Assembly: GCF_006345805.1 (NCBI RefSeq)
Contig: NC_043006.1
Coordinates: 70,370,001 to 70,434,000, forward strand
Source of the DNA: Octopus sinensis
Lineage: Eukaryota
Length of the DNA stretch: 64,000 bases
Direction: 5' to 3'
A model generated the notes under the pieces. That model saw only the letters and a list, made by a program, of their open reading frames with translations, ran no database searches and had not been told where the DNA came from. Numbering within the stretch: position 1 is the stretch's first letter; each line of letters begins with the position of its first letter. The position numbers and the translations under genes were made by a program. This document shows, one piece after another, positions 25,335-40,109 of this stretch.

Positions 25335-25829
25335 CAGGCTTCTTTCAGTTTCTATCTGTCAAATTCACTCACAAGGCCTGAAGCTATAGTAGAAGTTCCA
25401 TGCAGGGGTCTGACCCCCTCCCCCCCCCAAAAAAAATGAGGCTGGGAAGCAAGCTTCACAGCCATGTTTGTGTCTGTGCTCACAAATTTGTAAATATAGA
25501 GTTCATTGCATCAATTGTAAGTATATTACTGGTATTTGCTTATATTTATCCACCAAAGAAAACACGAGAAGCAAAGTGAACTGAGCCATGGCAGGATTTG
25601 AACTTAATGTAAATAGATGTCACTAAATACAGCAAGGCATTTTGTCCACTGCCCTACCGACTGTACTACATCGTCTTTTACTTCTGACTGAAGGCATTAT
25701 TAGAGGAAGAAGGAGATCTTTAGGGACACTGTGTTGTCATCCCCTTGAGTATATATTCCACAGAGCCTACTAAAACTAGACACCAATATCTAAGCATTGT
25801 CTAAGCCTAATTAGATTATCTATTGCATT

Positions 25830-26130
25830 GGGCTTATAGTTATGAGGTAGTGAGTTCAGTTCCTGGACAGGGCTGTGTGTTGTGTTCCACATTACTCCAG
25901 TTCACTCAGCTGTAGAAATTAGTTGCAATATCGCTGATGCTGCCAAGCTGTATCAGCCTTTGCCTTTCTCTTAGATAACATCGGTGGCATGGAGAGGGGC
26001 AGCTGGTATGCATGGGCGACTGCTGGTCTTCCATAAGCAACCTAGCCTGGACTTGTGCCTTGGAGGGTAACTTTCTAAGTGCAATCCTCTCATCATTCAT
26101 GACTGAAGGGGGTCTTTACTCTTTACCTTT
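25830..26130 (+). mobile_element. SINE family D
   Basis: Reverse complement of 15470-15800. Confidence 0.85.
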
Positions 26131-26649
26131 ATGAAGAAAACCAAACAATACCATGTAAGTGATCCCCATAAATTATGAGTTGTTCAGCTCCTGTTCAATC
26201 CTGTTTGAGCAGACTTACAATCATATGTTCTCACCATGACCATTCCATCATATTTTACATAGGACCTATCAAATCATAGTTTTTCTAAAACTACATCATT
26301 TTGTGTGGCCCTTCTTTTTTAAAGGTGGTTATGTCTGATTTCAGAGTGATTTGGTTATTGTTTCTAGCAGGACTATACTGTTTTGGTCCTATCCTTGGGT
26401 TTATGACTAGGCTATTGTTACATCTGCTCCTTTCCAACTTAAGGATTGTATGGGGGTTCCTAGCCCCCAGGGATACTGTTGTTACTTTGTTTAAAGTTGT
26501 TTTGGGTTTTCTTAAGGCCAGCATGTGCTACAGAGTTGTTTTTGTTGGTTACCAAAGACTGGGGTTTATCAGGGGTCAATCTTCTGAGGGAGCTGTTAAT
26601 CCTGGCTGATATTTTCTAAGGGATAATCTAGTCTGCCAAGGATTAATGA

Positions 26650-27360
26650 TAATTGTTGTTTGGGTGATTGACGGTGGTGGTGATGGTGGCTGGTGGTTGC
26701 AGTGATGGTAGGGTAGTAGGTAGTAATGATGAAGATGGTGGTTGTGGTGGTAGTGTTTGTGGTAAATGGAGATGATGGTAGATGTGGCATTGATGATGTT
26801 GCTGGTGGAAGTTGGTCACGAGGGTGGTGGTGGTGGTAGTTAACATTACTACCACCACCATATGTACTATGTACAGATGATGATGATGATGATGATGGAG
26901 TTAGAAATGATTTTGGTGGCGGGGTTGACAGTGTTAATGAGGATTGAGATTGTGGTGGTGGTGGCAGTGGGGTGATAATGCATGGGGAGGTGATGAAGAT
27001 CGTGGGGTGGTAGTGGGAGATGAAAGAGTGGCTTGAACGCAGACCTACTGACCTGATGAAAAACGGTGAAGAAGATTATAAGAAAAGGGTCATGTGATCC
27101 ATAACATACAACAACAATCAACCAAAGATTCTGGTTGTAGTATTGGTGATAGTAGTTGTAGTTTTGATGGTGGTAATAGTGTCTGTCATGGTAGTATTGG
27201 TGGTGGTTATGGTGTGGATAATGGTGATAAAGGTGTTCAGGTATTACTGGTAGTATAGGTGTTGGTGTGAGTGGTGAGGCTAGTGGTATGTATTGGTGAT
27301 AGTAGGATGGTTGTAAGAAGTAATAGTATAAATACTGATGATTAATTATCATCATAATAA
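26650..27360. repeat. Degenerate (GGT/GAT)n low-complexity tract
   Basis: Direct reading. It overlaps a long open frame (see findings). Confidence 0.85.
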
Positions 27361-28144
27361 TGATGGCCTGTAACTGTTGTCAAGACAACAAGCTGTCAGA
27401 ATCGTTAACATGTTGGACAAAACAATTAGCTGCATTTCTTCTGTTTATGTTTATGTTCTGAGTTCAAATCTCACTAAGTCACTTACTTGCCATGGAAACT
27501 AGGTAACTGATCTTAGAAGCCCTAGGGCTCAAGAAGAGCTGGTGCCATGTAAAAAGCATCCATGCCAGGACTATGTAACACCTGTGCACTGGTGTCACGT
27601 AAAAAGCACTCAGTACACTGTGAAGTGGTTGGCGCCTGGAAGGTACTTTGTCCAATACTTTCTACTGAGCTTGTAAATAATTTCTTACTAAGAGTTTAGT
27701 TGATTAAACAGACCCTAGTAGATAACTGGTACTTATTTTTCTGACCTGAGAAGAATAAAAGACAAAAGTCGATCCAGCAGGATTTCACATAATTAAATAT
27801 TTCTATGTAATTCATCTATTGCTCTTTAACTTCCACAAGTCCATTTTCCCATGGCCCTCTGGTTAGGATGTTGTACTCATGATTGTGATATTGTGGTTTC
27901 GAATCCTGGACCAGGTGGTGTGTTGTCTTCTGGAACAAGATATTTTGTTTCACATTGCTCTTGTCCAATAAACTGTAAATAAACTCCAGCAATTGCTGGG
28001 AAGTTAACCTTACGATGGACTGGCTTCCTATCCAGGTAGTGTTGCGGTCTCAATGACCTATATGCCATGGAAACTGGGTTAAGTTCTAATCTTATGAGTC
28101 CTAGGGCTCGTGACAGACCTAATCATCATCATCATCATCATCAA

Positions 28145-28164
<20 letters not shown>

Positions 28165-28176
<12 letters not shown>

Positions 28177-28560
28177 ACATCATTTAATGTCCATTTTCCA
28201 TGCTGGCATGGGTTGGACAGCTTGACAGGAACTGGTAGGCCAGAGAGCTGCACCAAACTCCATTGTCTGTTTTGGCATGGTCTCTACAGCCGGTTGCTTT
28301 TTATGTGGACCTAGCACTGGTGCTTTTTACACGGCAACAGCACCAAAAGGTACCCAAGTAACTTATAAGACTCCTCAGCTGAGAGTGGGTGTGGTACTGA
28401 GGGAGTTGGCCAGTCGAGAGGTTAAAGTATAAAAGAGGGATAGAGATAGGTGTCTTACTGTAGAGGAGACACTTGGCTATCTTAGTAGGAAAAGAAAGGA
28501 GAGGAAAAAAAGATAGAGTTAGAAAGAAAGGGAGAGACAGTCAGAGTGAGAGAGAGAAAT
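28165..28560 (-). mobile_element. Family B tail with an alternative 5' region (possible LINE 3' UTR fragment)
   Basis: The reverse complement aligns with 53860-54200 (+). The LINE origin is inference. Confidence 0.65.
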
Positions 28561-30559
28561 AGATGGTGCTGGAGATGTATCGAGACATACCCACAAGTGA
28601 TACTAAATATTGATACTGTGATCGATAACTTGTCTATTGATAGCATTTATATAAATTTGTATCCAATGATGGATCTTCAAGGAATATCAGGTGAATCTCT
28701 CTTAAGCTCCAAAGCTACTGTCTTAAAGAAGGAAAGGATATATGAAATAATGTAGTCTGGATAACTCTAGATGGGATGGCCACGAATGGAACGTCTTTGA
28801 TCTCAGGTCTGCTGCGTCATAGCTCATCTGGAGTAAAAATAACAATGAAGGGAAGGACACGTTGAATAATGTAGTCCTAGATACATTATGTCTGAATAAA
28901 AGTCAGGATGGTCATGCCTGGAATACTCTTTAATCTTAGGTCTACTAGATCAAAGTTGACAATGCAATAACAACAAGAGCACATTAGATAATGTAGTCCT
29001 AGGTACACTGTCATCATTATCTCTTTTCCATTGCTGTATGGAGATCAGCATGCTAAGGAATAGATCAGAAGTATCCTTTCTGTCATAAAAGTCGACTAAA
29101 AGAGGTTAAGGTAGGGCTTGTACTCTGACCTCATAAAACCCTTAACAGTGACTCTACCCAAACAGACCCATGGGTTGCAGGGTTGTTGCATGGGTAGTGC
29201 AAAGATGTCATCTACCAGGTGTAGGGAATTTCTGACAAATGGTGGATACAGTGGTGTACAGTGCATGCCCCCATACCTTACCGTACCTTTCCATATTTGT
29301 ACAACTCGGACAAAATTTGTTGGGGAATATTTTCTACAGCACTGGATGCACTTCCCGGTGCCAACCCTCACCTGTTTCCAAGCTAGGTAATATTTCCCCA
29401 TGGCAAGATATGGTTTTCTACAACAACAGAAAAATATTTTAGGAATGAGAACCCAGGTCTGAAATTCCCCCAGGACACCTGGAGAGCACAAACAAGATGA
29501 GGACAAATATCCATCAAATGTAAATAAGGGCTTATTTCAGTTTCCATCTTTGAAATCCACTCCCTGAAGCTATAGAAGATACTTGCCCAAAGTACTGCAC
29601 ACTGGACCTGAGACCACAGTGTAGGGAAGCAAGCTTCTCTACCACCCATCTGTAAAAGACTGGATGGTCATGGCTGTAACATTTTTGATCACATATCTGC
29701 TCACACCAGCTGACCTGGGTGAAAGCAATTGAAAATAGGAAGAAGGCATTCTGCAACCCATATCTGAATAAAAACTAAGATGGTGGCCAAAAGGAACACT
29801 TTTGGTCATGAGGATACATTTTGACCAAGGAGGATACATTAGATTGTGTAGCTTTAGATACACTATGTCTGAATAAAGGACTGGATGGTCAATACTGGAA
29901 TGTCTTTGACCATAGGTCTGTCTGTCTGGATGAGGAGTGATATGATAGACAGCAACAACCATTACATGATAGATTTGCCATCACCTTTCATAATGAGCTT
30001 TCAGGTTGTTTTAATCAGCTGGACTACCTACTCACTTAATTCGCATACAAGTGGCTGAGTATTCCACGGACATATGTACCTTTTAATATAATTGCCAGGC
30101 CAAAGCAGTATGGCACAATATAATAAGGCCAGATTTTTGAATTACAGATACAAATCCGTTTGGCAGGCTTCCATAAAGTCTCCACTTTCACTCACAAGTT
30201 TTAAGTGAATTTGAAGCTAAGGTATAAGGCAAATACCCATGATGCCCAGCCAGTTTAACTCAGAAGGTGCTCTTGGTTTGAAAAGCTTGTGTGGAGTGAA
30301 ACATATGGCCACTTGTAACAAATCACATTTTAAGACATTATATATAATCTGTGTGTGTACATGCACATATATGTGTGTGTGTGTGGTGCATGCATACATA
30401 CACACCTTTGTGTAAGTATGTCTGTGTATACACACACACCCAATGAAGTTTCACTCTTGGGATTGCCAACGCCTTTTCCTTTGAATCTGTTGAATTGTAC
30501 ATTGGTTGATGTTAATTAATCTGAAGAATTATCATCAATAAATATTTATTCATTGTAGA

Positions 30560-30960
30560 GAATAGTCCACCATTATACATCACCACACCACCACAACAAC
30601 ACACTACATTCAACACTATCACCATCACCACCACCACCACCACCACCACCATCACTACGACAACCACCAACATCACCACCACCATCATCACTACCACAAC
30701 CATCGACACTATCATTACTGCTACCCCACAACCACCACCACCACTTCTACACACTAGCCTCATACCGCCACCTCTATATATATCACTGACACCATACAGT
30801 ATTACACCACCATCCACAACTAACACTATAACCCATCACCACTACCACTAGCACTATACTATATTTCTGCATACAACCATCGGGCCCTCCCCCACCTCCA
30901 CCACCAACACCAACACCTTTATATGACTACAACTGCTACAGAACACCATCAATACCACCA
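30560..30960. repeat. Degenerate (CAC/CAT)n tract
   Basis: Direct reading. Confidence 0.85.
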
Positions 30961-31589
30961 CAGCCTCCCATGCTATCACTATCATTCACACAATAACTCT
31001 CAAGCGAGTTCTCACATTGTCATCTCAACATATTCTGCCTCTTTCTCTCTCTCCCTCGGGTTTTTTTTTTTTTTGGGTGTTTTTTTAAAAATTTCATTTT
31101 GCTCTCTATTTTCAGCATTAACCAGTGAGGGTGGTGGTGGTGGTGGTGATGGCGGTGGCATTGGTGGTGCAGGAAGAGGTTACATACAGTGTGGTGGAAA
31201 GTGGGGCTTACATGCAATGGAAGTCATGTTTATGGGGTGATACTGCTAATGGCGGGTGTTATTGCCAGTGTAGTGTATGTATGTATGTATCTGTGCATAT
31301 GTGTGTGTGTGTGTGTGTGTATACAAATGTGGTTCAACCACCCTTATCTTCAGATCTTCTTGGGGTAAAGCAAGATGTCAGTCCTAACCAAAACAATCTC
31401 TTCTTTATCCAAATATTGTTCTAGCTCTCAGCACATTTCCATTCATACTTCTTTCTTCTTATACTTTCTTATATATTTCCTGCACACACGCACACAAATA
31501 TATACACGCACATATATACATGCACGCATGCACACACGCACAGATATTTTTTACATTCACACCCACACACATCCATACCTATACTGATA

Positions 31590-32037
31590 TTTAGATGTGT
31601 AATATATACTGTACCCATGCATGTTTGTATGCACATGTACACAGACACACACACAAACACATATACATATATGCATATATATTTATATATATACATGTAT
31701 ATATATATATACATACATGCATACCTATATACACACATACACGCATAAAGATATATACATACATGTGTGTGTGTATATATATGTATATGTATGTATATAT
31801 ATATGTGTATATATGTATGTGTATATATATGTATGTTTATATATATGTATGTGTATATATGTATGTATATGTATGTATTGTCTGTAAATATGTATATATA
31901 TATATGTATTATATGTATATATATATGTATGTATATGTATAATATATATATATATGTATGTATATGTATGTATATGTATATATATATATATATATTATAT
32001 ATATATATGTATGTCTATATATATATATGTATGTAAT

Positions 32038-32078
<41 letters not shown>

Positions 32079-33198
32079 TATATGTTGTATGATATTATAT
32101 ATGTATGTATATATATATAATGTTATATATATCTGTATGTATATTGTATATATATTGTATATGTATATATATATATATGTATGTATATGATATATATATA
32201 TGTATGTATATATATGTATATATATGTATGATATGTAATATATATATATGTATATGTATATATATATATGTATAATATGTATGTATATGTATATATATAT
32301 ATGTATATTTATCTATATATATGTATATAATGTATGTATTGTATATAATTGTATATGTATATATATATGTGTATATGGTATATATATATGTATATATATC
32401 TGTATATATATGTATATATATTGGGTATATTATATATATATATTATCTATGTATATGTATATATATGTATATAATATGTATATATATATGTATATGTATA
32501 TGTATATGATATATATATGTATATGTATATGTATATATATACTATATTGTATATGTAATGTATATATATATGTATATGTTATATATATGTATATATATAT
32601 ATGTATAATGTATATATATATGTATATATATATATATATGTATATGTATATATATGTATATATATAGTAGTTATATGTATATATTATATATATATGTATG
32701 TATATGTATATATGTATATGTATATTTATATGTATATATGTATATGTAATATTTATATGTATATATGTATATATATAATATGTATGTATATGTATATATG
32801 TATATGTATATTTATATGTATATATGTATATGTATAGTTTATATGTATATATGTATATATGTATAATATATGTATATCTATTCTATGTATATCTATATGT
32901 ATATATAATATTTATGTATATGTATATATAATATGTATGTATATGTATATATATATATGTATGTATATGTATATATATATATGTATGTATTGTATATATA
33001 TATATTGTTGTATATGTATGTATATATATATATGTATGTATATGTATGTCTATATCTATATAGGTATGTATATATATATATGTATGTATATGTATATATA
33101 TATATATATATGTAAGTATATGCATATTATATGTATATGTAAGTATATGCATATATATATGTAGATATTAAGTATATGCATATATATTGTATATGCAT

Positions 33199-33257
<59 letters not shown>

Positions 33258-33618
33258 TATATATGTATATATATATTGTATATGCATATATATATGTATA
33301 TATATGTATATGCATATATATATGTATATATATATGTCTTTAAATTAATGCATAGTATATATGTATATATATATGTTATATGCATATATATATGTATGTA
33401 TATGCATATATATATGGATGTATATGCATAAATATATGTATGTATTGCTATATATATATGTATGTATATGTATATAATATTTATGTATATGTATATATAT
33501 GTATTATATGTAATATATGTATGTATATGTATATATATATAATTGTATGTATAGTATATATTGTATGTATATGTATTATATGTATGTATATGTATATATA
33601 TATATATGTATGTATATG

Positions 33619-33663
<45 letters not shown>

Positions 33664-33700
33664 TGTATATATATATATGTATGTATATGTATATATATAT

Positions 33701-33732
<32 letters not shown>

Positions 33733-34213
33733 GTATGTATATGTATATATATATATATTGTATGTATATGTATATATATATATATATGTATGTATATGTT
33801 ATATATATCTATGTATGTATATGTATATATATATTATGTATGTATATGTATATATATTAATATGTATGTTATAATGTATATATATATATGTATGTATATG
33901 TATAATATATATTATATGATATGTATCTATATATATATGTATGTATATTTATATGTATATATATTTCTGTATATGTATATGTATTATATATATGTATGTT
34001 ATGTATATATATATATATGTAAGTATATGTATGTATATGTATATATATATATATGTAAGTATATGCATGTATATATATATGTATGTTATGTATATATATG
34101 TATATATGTAAGTATCTGCATGTATATGTATATATATATATATGATGTATATGTAATATATATATATGTAGAATATCTATATGCATCTATATATATATTA
34201 TATATATATATGC

Positions 34214-34249
<36 letters not shown>

Positions 34250-34438
34250 TGTATATATATGTATATGCATATATATATATATATATGTATATGCATATAT
34301 AATGTATATGCATATATATATGTATATGCATATATATATGTATATGCACTATATATGTATAATGCATATATATATGTATATTGCATATATATATGTTATA
34401 TAATATATATGTATATGCATATATATATGTATATGCAT

Positions 34439-34529
<91 letters not shown>

Positions 34530-35143
34530 TATATATGTATATATATATGTATATGCATGTATATATGTATATATATATGCATGCATATATATGTATATAT
34601 ATATATGTATATGCATGCATATATATATGATATATATATGTATATGCATGTATATATGTATATATATTGCATGCATATATATGTATATGCAATGCATATA
34701 TATGTTATATATATGTATATGCATATATATATTTATATGTATATGCATATATATATGTATATATATATGCATATATATGTATATAATATGCATGCATATA
34801 TATGTATATATGTATATGCATATATATATGTATATATATATGCATGCATATATATGTATATATATATATGCATGCATATATATGTATATATATAGATATG
34901 CATGCATATATAATGTATATTATATATATGCATGCATATATATGTTATTTATTTATATTGTATATATATATGTATATATATGTATATGCATATATATATG
35001 TATAATATATGTTATGCATATATATATATGTATATATATGTATATGCATATATATATAATATATGTATAGTGCCTATATATATGTATATAATGTATATAT
35101 GCATATATACATATGTATAATGTATATATATATGTATATGTAT

Positions 35144-35174
<31 letters not shown>

Positions 35175-36088
35175 TATACATATGTATAGCATATATACAT
35201 ATTATATGTATATATATGTATATGTATATATATATGTGTTGTATATATATGTGTGTGTGTATATATATTGTGTGTGTATATATATATGTGTGTATATATA
35301 TATGTGTGTGTATGTATATGTATATATGTATATGTATATGTATATATGTATATGTTTATATATGTATATATATGTAAATATATGTGTATATATATCTATT
35401 TATATATGTATATATATATGTTTATATATATATGTATATGAATATATATTATATATATGTATATGATATATATATATAGATATGTATATGGATATATATA
35501 GTGTAAATATATATTGTTTATATATATATGTATATGAATATATATATATATATGTATATGGATATATATATGTAAATATCTATGTACATATATATGTATA
35601 TATATCTATATATATATATATATATTTTTATCTATATAATATATGTATGTATATGTATTATATTATATGTATGTTATTAGAATATATATGTATTATATGT
35701 TATATATAATATCTAATATGTATGTATATGTATATATCTATTATGTATGTATATGTATATATATATATATGTATGTATATGTTATATAATATATATGTTG
35801 TATATGTATATATATATATATGTATGTATATGTCTATTATATATCTGTATGTTATATGTATATATAAATTGATGTATATGTCTATATATATATATGTTGT
35901 ATATGGATTATATGTATATGGATATATATATGTATATGGATATATATATATCTGTCTATGGATATTATATGTATATGGATATCTATATATATATGTATAT
36001 GGATCTTAAATCTGTATATGGATAATCTATATATGTATATGTATAGGATGTATATATATATGTATATGTATATGGATGTATATATATA
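31590..36088. repeat. 4.5 kb compound TA/TATG/TATGCATA/TATGGATA satellite
   Basis: Direct reading. It produces dozens of spurious Y/I/M/C-rich ORFs. Confidence 0.95.
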
Positions 36089-36194
36089 TATGGCAAATAA
36101 GAAGGTGGAGGGGTTACAAATGGACAACATCAATCCGGTAACATTCCAGTATGTCTATTTATTTCCATGTATTAATGAATACGCACACATGTAT

Positions 36195-37136
36195 AATGGG
36201 CATAAAGGAGGCGAGTGCCGGACATGCCTTCAGTCAGATCTACTGGCTGTTATCCAATGGGCAGAAAAAAACAATATGCTGCTGAACGAGGATATTTGAG
36301 CTAATCCCTTTGGAAAAGAGGATGCCCTGAAACTCCCATACTCCCTTCCTTCAGGTGAAACTCTCGCGGCGTCCACAACATCAGAGACTTGGGATATTGT
36401 GGACAACAACGTAAGCTGGGCACTCATATAAACACCAAAGTTGACATGGCCCGCAGAATGTGTTTTCCTGGATTCTCAGAACTTTCCAGTCGAGAGATAT
36501 CCACACCAATTATCCTTCTCTCTCCACTTTGCCCGACCCCACCTTGAATACTGTTGTCCACTGTGGTCTCCCCACACAATACAAGGTATCATAAAATTTG
36601 AAGCACCTCAAAGGCAATCACAAAAAAGATAGATGGCATGACAGGCCTCGACTATTGGGTCGACTAGAAAAGCTAAAACTCTATTCTCTCCAACGTCGTC
36701 GTGAGCGCTACATCATCTGCATGATGTGGAAAATATTCCATCAGCATTGCCCAATGATGTTGGCATCACCTTTAAGGTACATCCAAGGCTTGGGCCCCGT
36801 GCCATCCGCCCAAAACAAATCGCACTCTCATCTCATAACAACAATACGGCACAATTATTTCACCTCATTGGCCCCGCTCTCTTCAACATTACACCAAAAC
36901 ACATTAAAACAGAAACTGACCCCTATAGGGTTCAAGAAGTCTTTGACAGATTCCTTCAAGAATCCCGGATAAACCCCCTATACACCCGGATATGGTCTCT
37001 GTAAACAATAACTCCTCTACTTGAGTGGGGCCATAGTGCCCAAATTCTTACTTGAAAGACTTCACCAGGTGGTGCTTATTAAGTTAGACACTGGCCTGGG
37101 CCAATATGGCCGAAACCTATCAAAGTATCAAAGTAT
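36195..37136 (+). mobile_element. 5'-truncated CR1/L2-group LINE (ORF2 C-terminus and 3' UTR)
   Basis: Frameshifted pieces LQSDLLAVIQWAEKNNMLLNED, FARPHLEYCCPLWSPH and LEKLKLYSLQRRRERYIICMMWKI, followed by a short tandem tail ATCAAAGT x2. Confidence 0.9.
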
Positions 37137-37348
37137 GTATATGAATATATATTATATGTATATGGATATATATATTGTATATGGATATATATATATATAT
37201 ATATATATTATAGTATATATATATATATATATGTTATGGATATATATAATATGTATATGGATATATATATATATGTATATGGATATATATATATATGTAT
37301 ATGGATATATATATATATGTATATGTATATGGATGTATATATATATAT

Positions 37349-37885
37349 GGCAAATAAGAAGGTGGAGAGGATACAAAATGGACAGACATCATCCGGTAAA
37401 CATTCCAGTATGTCTATTTATTCCAATGTATTAGATGAATACGCACACATGTATTCGTAGTGCAGAATATCAAATATAAAGAGTTGGTAATTGCAAGAAC
37501 AAGGGTGTGGAAGCATAGAATCACATAGGAACAGGTGATTAAATGAGTACCTGAGCAAATGAGCAGATGGTTAGTAGGTGCTAGTTCCTTATGGCTGTTT
37601 CTGCCAAGAGGCAACAAAAGCTTCCAGGTTGTTTCCATCTCTTCAGTGTTATGTAGGGATGAGCAGGTAAGACTTGGATAATGAATGTGCCTGTAGGCCT
37701 CTTCACAGGGTCTAAGTAGTTGGGAGGGCTAACACATATGAAAAACAGTTAATAATATACTGTACTACTAATAAATGTGTATGTATTCATTTAATACATT
37801 CTAATACATTGGAATAAAGAGAGATACTGGAATTTTACTGGCTGATGTCTGTCCATTTTGTATCCACTCCACTTTCGTATTTGCC
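37349..37885. mobile_element. Foldback/MITE-like element with about 120-bp imperfect terminal inverted repeats
   Basis: 37349-37470 is the approximate reverse complement of 37755-37885. Confidence 0.75.
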
Positions 37886-38237
37886 GCATAAATCAAGGGT
37901 AAACCACTTTTTACCCCTGCCCATTATATAACACTCAATTGCAAGATTATCACACAATAACTAGCACTTGGGTATGAAAAATTGTGTACACTACCAGCAG
38001 TATATTGGATAGGTACTATCCTCTAACATATGTATATATATGTATATATATATATGTATGTGTATATATATGTATGTGTATATATATATATGTATAGATA
38101 TGTATGTGTATATATGTATGTATAGATATGTATGTGTATATATGTATGTATATATATGTGTATGTATATATTTGTATATATATATGTATGTATATATTTG
38201 TATATATTATATATATATGTGTGTGTGTGTGTGTATG

Positions 38238-38281
<44 letters not shown>

Positions 38282-38314
38282 CACATGCACACACATATAT
38301 ATATGTATATATGG

Positions 38315-38810
38315 AGATATGCTGTGACTGAGAAGAACTGGCAAATAAAGTGAGTTCACAGCTGTAACCTAAACCAGTGTTGCGTAACCAGCCCACTCAA
38401 AAGTTCCTTAGATCGTAGGGTGAAATGCTGTGCTTGAGGGGACCTGTTGAGTCAAGTACATCAAAATCAGATCAAATCACATTCAAATGGAAATTCTAGT
38501 TGTGATCACCATGCCAGTAGCATGTAAAAAGCACCACCCGAATGTGGCTTATGCCAGCACCGCCTTGACTGGCTTCCATGCCGGTGGTATGTAAAAAGCA
38601 CCATCTGATCATGGTCGATGTCAGCCCCCTCTGGCCCCTGTGCTAGAGGGGGCTAGCACCGACCATGATCTCGAAGTGGTTGGCATTAGGAAGGGCATCA
38701 AGCTGTAGAAACACTACCAGATCAACCTCCTGGCTTCCTAGACCCCAGTCAAACCGTCCAACTCATGCCAGCATGGAAAACGGACGTTAAACGATGATAA
38801 TGATGATATA
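38315..38810 (+). mobile_element. Family B, long form
   Basis: Colinear with 24790-25300. An inverted family B 3' fragment follows at 38875-39030. Confidence 0.85.
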
Positions 38811-38822
38811 TATGTGTGTGTG

Positions 38823-38864
<42 letters not shown>

Positions 38865-39344
38865 TATCAACATATATCATCATCATCATCGTTTAACGTT
38901 CACTTTCCATGGTAGCATGGGTTGGATGATTATGACTGAGGGCTGGTGAACCAGATGGCTGCACCAGACTCCAATCTTGATTTGGCAGAGTTTCTACAGC
39001 TTGATGCCCTTCCTAACGCCAACCATACATGCAAGCATGCATACCTACCTACCTAGCAAGCCACCCTGTGTGACCCTTCTGTCCGGCCTTTGCCATGATA
39101 GATCGCTAGCCACTACACATTCTTTATTTTCTCTCCATGTTTCTTTCTGTGTTCCTTTTTGTGGAAGAGCGTAGACTCAAAACGTTAAAAACTATTTCAC
39201 TTCCCGAGCGTTATACTAATACATCTGTTTGTTGTCTACACCACCTGTCTTCGTTTTTTGTTTTTTTTTTGTGAATTCTCCTTATATATATAGATATATA
39301 TACATGTACATATAAGTATATATATCTGTGTGTGCTGCGACCCA

Positions 39345-39585
39345 CTTTGGTCATGACTGACCATGGGATTGATTGCACCTAGAAAGTTACCCTCCCAGGT
39401 ACAAGTCCGGGCAAGGTTGTTTATGGAAGATCAGCAGTCGCCCCCCATACATACCGGCCTCCCCTCTCCACACCACCAGTGTTATCCAAGGGAAAGGCAG
39501 AGGCTGATACAGCTCGGCACCTGTGGCGTCGCAACTCATTTCTACAGCTGAGTTAACTGAGCAGCGTGAAATAAAGTGTCTTGCT
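39345..39585 (-). mobile_element. SINE family D, head truncated
   Basis: Colinear with 15470-15720. Confidence 0.85.
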
Positions 39586-39792
39586 CGTCGGGCATTGGTC
39601 ACTCTGGAGCTATAGTAGACACTGGCTCAAGGTGCTTTATAGTGGGAGTGAACCCCAAATCTCACCAGCTGCAAAATGAGCTTCATAACACACAACCATG
39701 CTTGTGCCTAAAAGTGAATGTACACCTATATGAATAAGAGAAAGAGGTAGATGTGTGTGAACAGAAACACATTATGATACACACTCACGCAT

Positions 39793-39829
<37 letters not shown>

Positions 39830-40109
39830 AACAGAACAATTTACCAAAGAAAATATTTTCCCCATTGTAGAAGAAAAGGAGATGGGAGGTATGGTTGACA
39901 CAATTAACACCTTTGTACATTCCTGGGTGCATTGCTGGCATTATTTTAGCAGCCTTGGATGAACCTAGATGTGATTTTGAACTCAGAACATCAGAGAAAG
40001 TGAGATAAAATACTTTAAATCTTTATAACCTAATATCTTACTATTACTTCTTCATTACCACTTCTAGTAAACAATATTTCAAATATAATTATTTTATAAT
40101 AATAATAAT

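Noticed and set aside
29096-29506. 136-aa minus-strand ORF
   Set aside because: The first half overlaps a dispersed repeat and the rest has no recognisable homology, so it is too weak to call.
39871-39888. 18-nt plus-strand microexon signal (TTGTAG|AAGAAAAGGAGATGGGAG|GTATGG)
   Set aside because: The splice sites are good, but no supported host gene exists and chance occurrence is plausible.
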